DNA from: an uncultured archaeon
GTDB lineage: Archaea; Asgardarchaeota; Jordiarchaeia; Jordiarchaeales; Jordiarchaeaceae
Direction of reading: 5' to 3'
Assembly (NCBI GenBank): GCA_964510585.1
Contig: CAZECW010000059.1
Location: 1 to 6,218, forward strand
DNA length: 6,218 nt
Below, one piece after another: positions 5,594 to 6,218 of the stretch. The notes below the pieces were generated by a model. The model saw only the letters and a program-made list of their open reading frames with translations, was not told where the DNA came from and made no database searches. The number at the start of each line of letters is the position of its first letter. The first letter of the stretch is position 1. The position numbers and the translations under genes are program-made.

Positions 5594-5836
5594 CAACGCC
5601 CTTCCCATCTAAAGAAGTACAACACCTTTCTAAGGAATCATTCATTTACACGTTAAACCTATTCTTAAAAACACATCTAAACACAAAAGTTCACAGTGCA
5701 TTTCTTGGAATCTCGGAGCAAATTTGGAGACTGAAGATTCCCCAGAAAAGGTTTAACTTCCAAAAGAAAAGAAACCATACAAAGCCTAGTTACAAAAAGA
5801 GGAGCAAAAATGGGGAAACAAAAAAGCATACAAGAA

Positions 5837-5844
5837 GCCCCAGA
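5837..5844 (+). repeat. Left target-site duplication GCCCCAGA
   Basis: Identical to 5985-5992 and abuts the left TIR. Confidence 0.85.
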
Positions 5845-5984
5845 TGCGTTGTTGCATAATTTTATTTTTTTCAATTTATTTATATATTTTGATGAATTTT
5901 TTGCAATTTCACATTGTTAATCTGAAAAAAAATTAGGAGTATTAAATAAATTCATTCGAAAAAGTAAAATTGTGCAACAAAGCA
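5845..5984. mobile_element. 140-bp MITE (non-autonomous element), IS6-like ends
   Basis: TIRs TGCGTTGTTGCATAATTTTA (5845-5864) and TAAAATTGTGCAACAAAGCA (5965-5984) match 18/20 as inverted repeats; flanked by direct repeat GCCCCAGA; AT-rich non-coding interior. Confidence 0.85.
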
Positions 5985-5992
5985 GCCCCAGA
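5985..5992 (+). repeat. Right target-site duplication GCCCCAGA
   Basis: Identical to 5837-5844 and abuts the right TIR. Confidence 0.85.
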
Positions 5993-6218
5993 AAAAAATT
6001 CAAAAAAATAATTCTAACACTCCCGCCCACCGCAACACAAATACAAATTAAGCAAACAGTTTCCCAAAACCCCCCAACTCTTTTTAAACCCAATCCCCCC
6101 GAAGCTAAAAAACCAATATCTTAAACCAAAAACTCCCTCCCCCCTCAAGTTTTAAAAAACCCTTCAACAGCGGAAAGAACCCACAAAAACACCATACAGA
6201 AAAAATACAACTGCAAAT

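Noticed and set aside
4810-5874. ORFs 4810-5061, 5042-5233, 5172-5489, 5677-5874 (minus) and 5521-5859 (plus)
   Set aside because: Antisense shadows or low-complexity products of skewed DNA; two of them run into the MITE end.
1-6218. CRISPR array, rRNA, tRNA, transposase or integrase
   Set aside because: No regularly spaced repeats, no conserved RNA gene motifs and no DDE or tyrosine-recombinase ORF seen.

Overview
Archaeal-type DNA (BRE/TATA promoters, GGTGA/GGAGG Shine-Dalgarno sites, oligo-T terminators); all supportable genes are on the + strand. The left half holds a two-gene methyl-transfer operon: a cobalamin-binding corrinoid protein (likely true start 586) and a URO-D/MtaA-fold protein lacking the canonical zinc ligands. 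Upstream is an unexplained GC-rich ~430-nt segment behind a near-identical promoter copy. The right half is a toxin-antitoxin/defence-like accessory island: a HEPN (DUF86-like) pseudogene, a ribbon-helix-helix gene overlapping a retropepsin-like aspartic protease gene, an unannotated 53-aa ORF coupled to a PIN/VapC nuclease, and a CxxC...CPxC protein whose N-terminus has no start codon. Near the right end is a 140-bp MITE with 20-bp terminal inverted repeats and an 8-bp target duplication. No rRNA, tRNA or CRISPR array is supported. All family calls come from reading motifs by eye, not from database searches.
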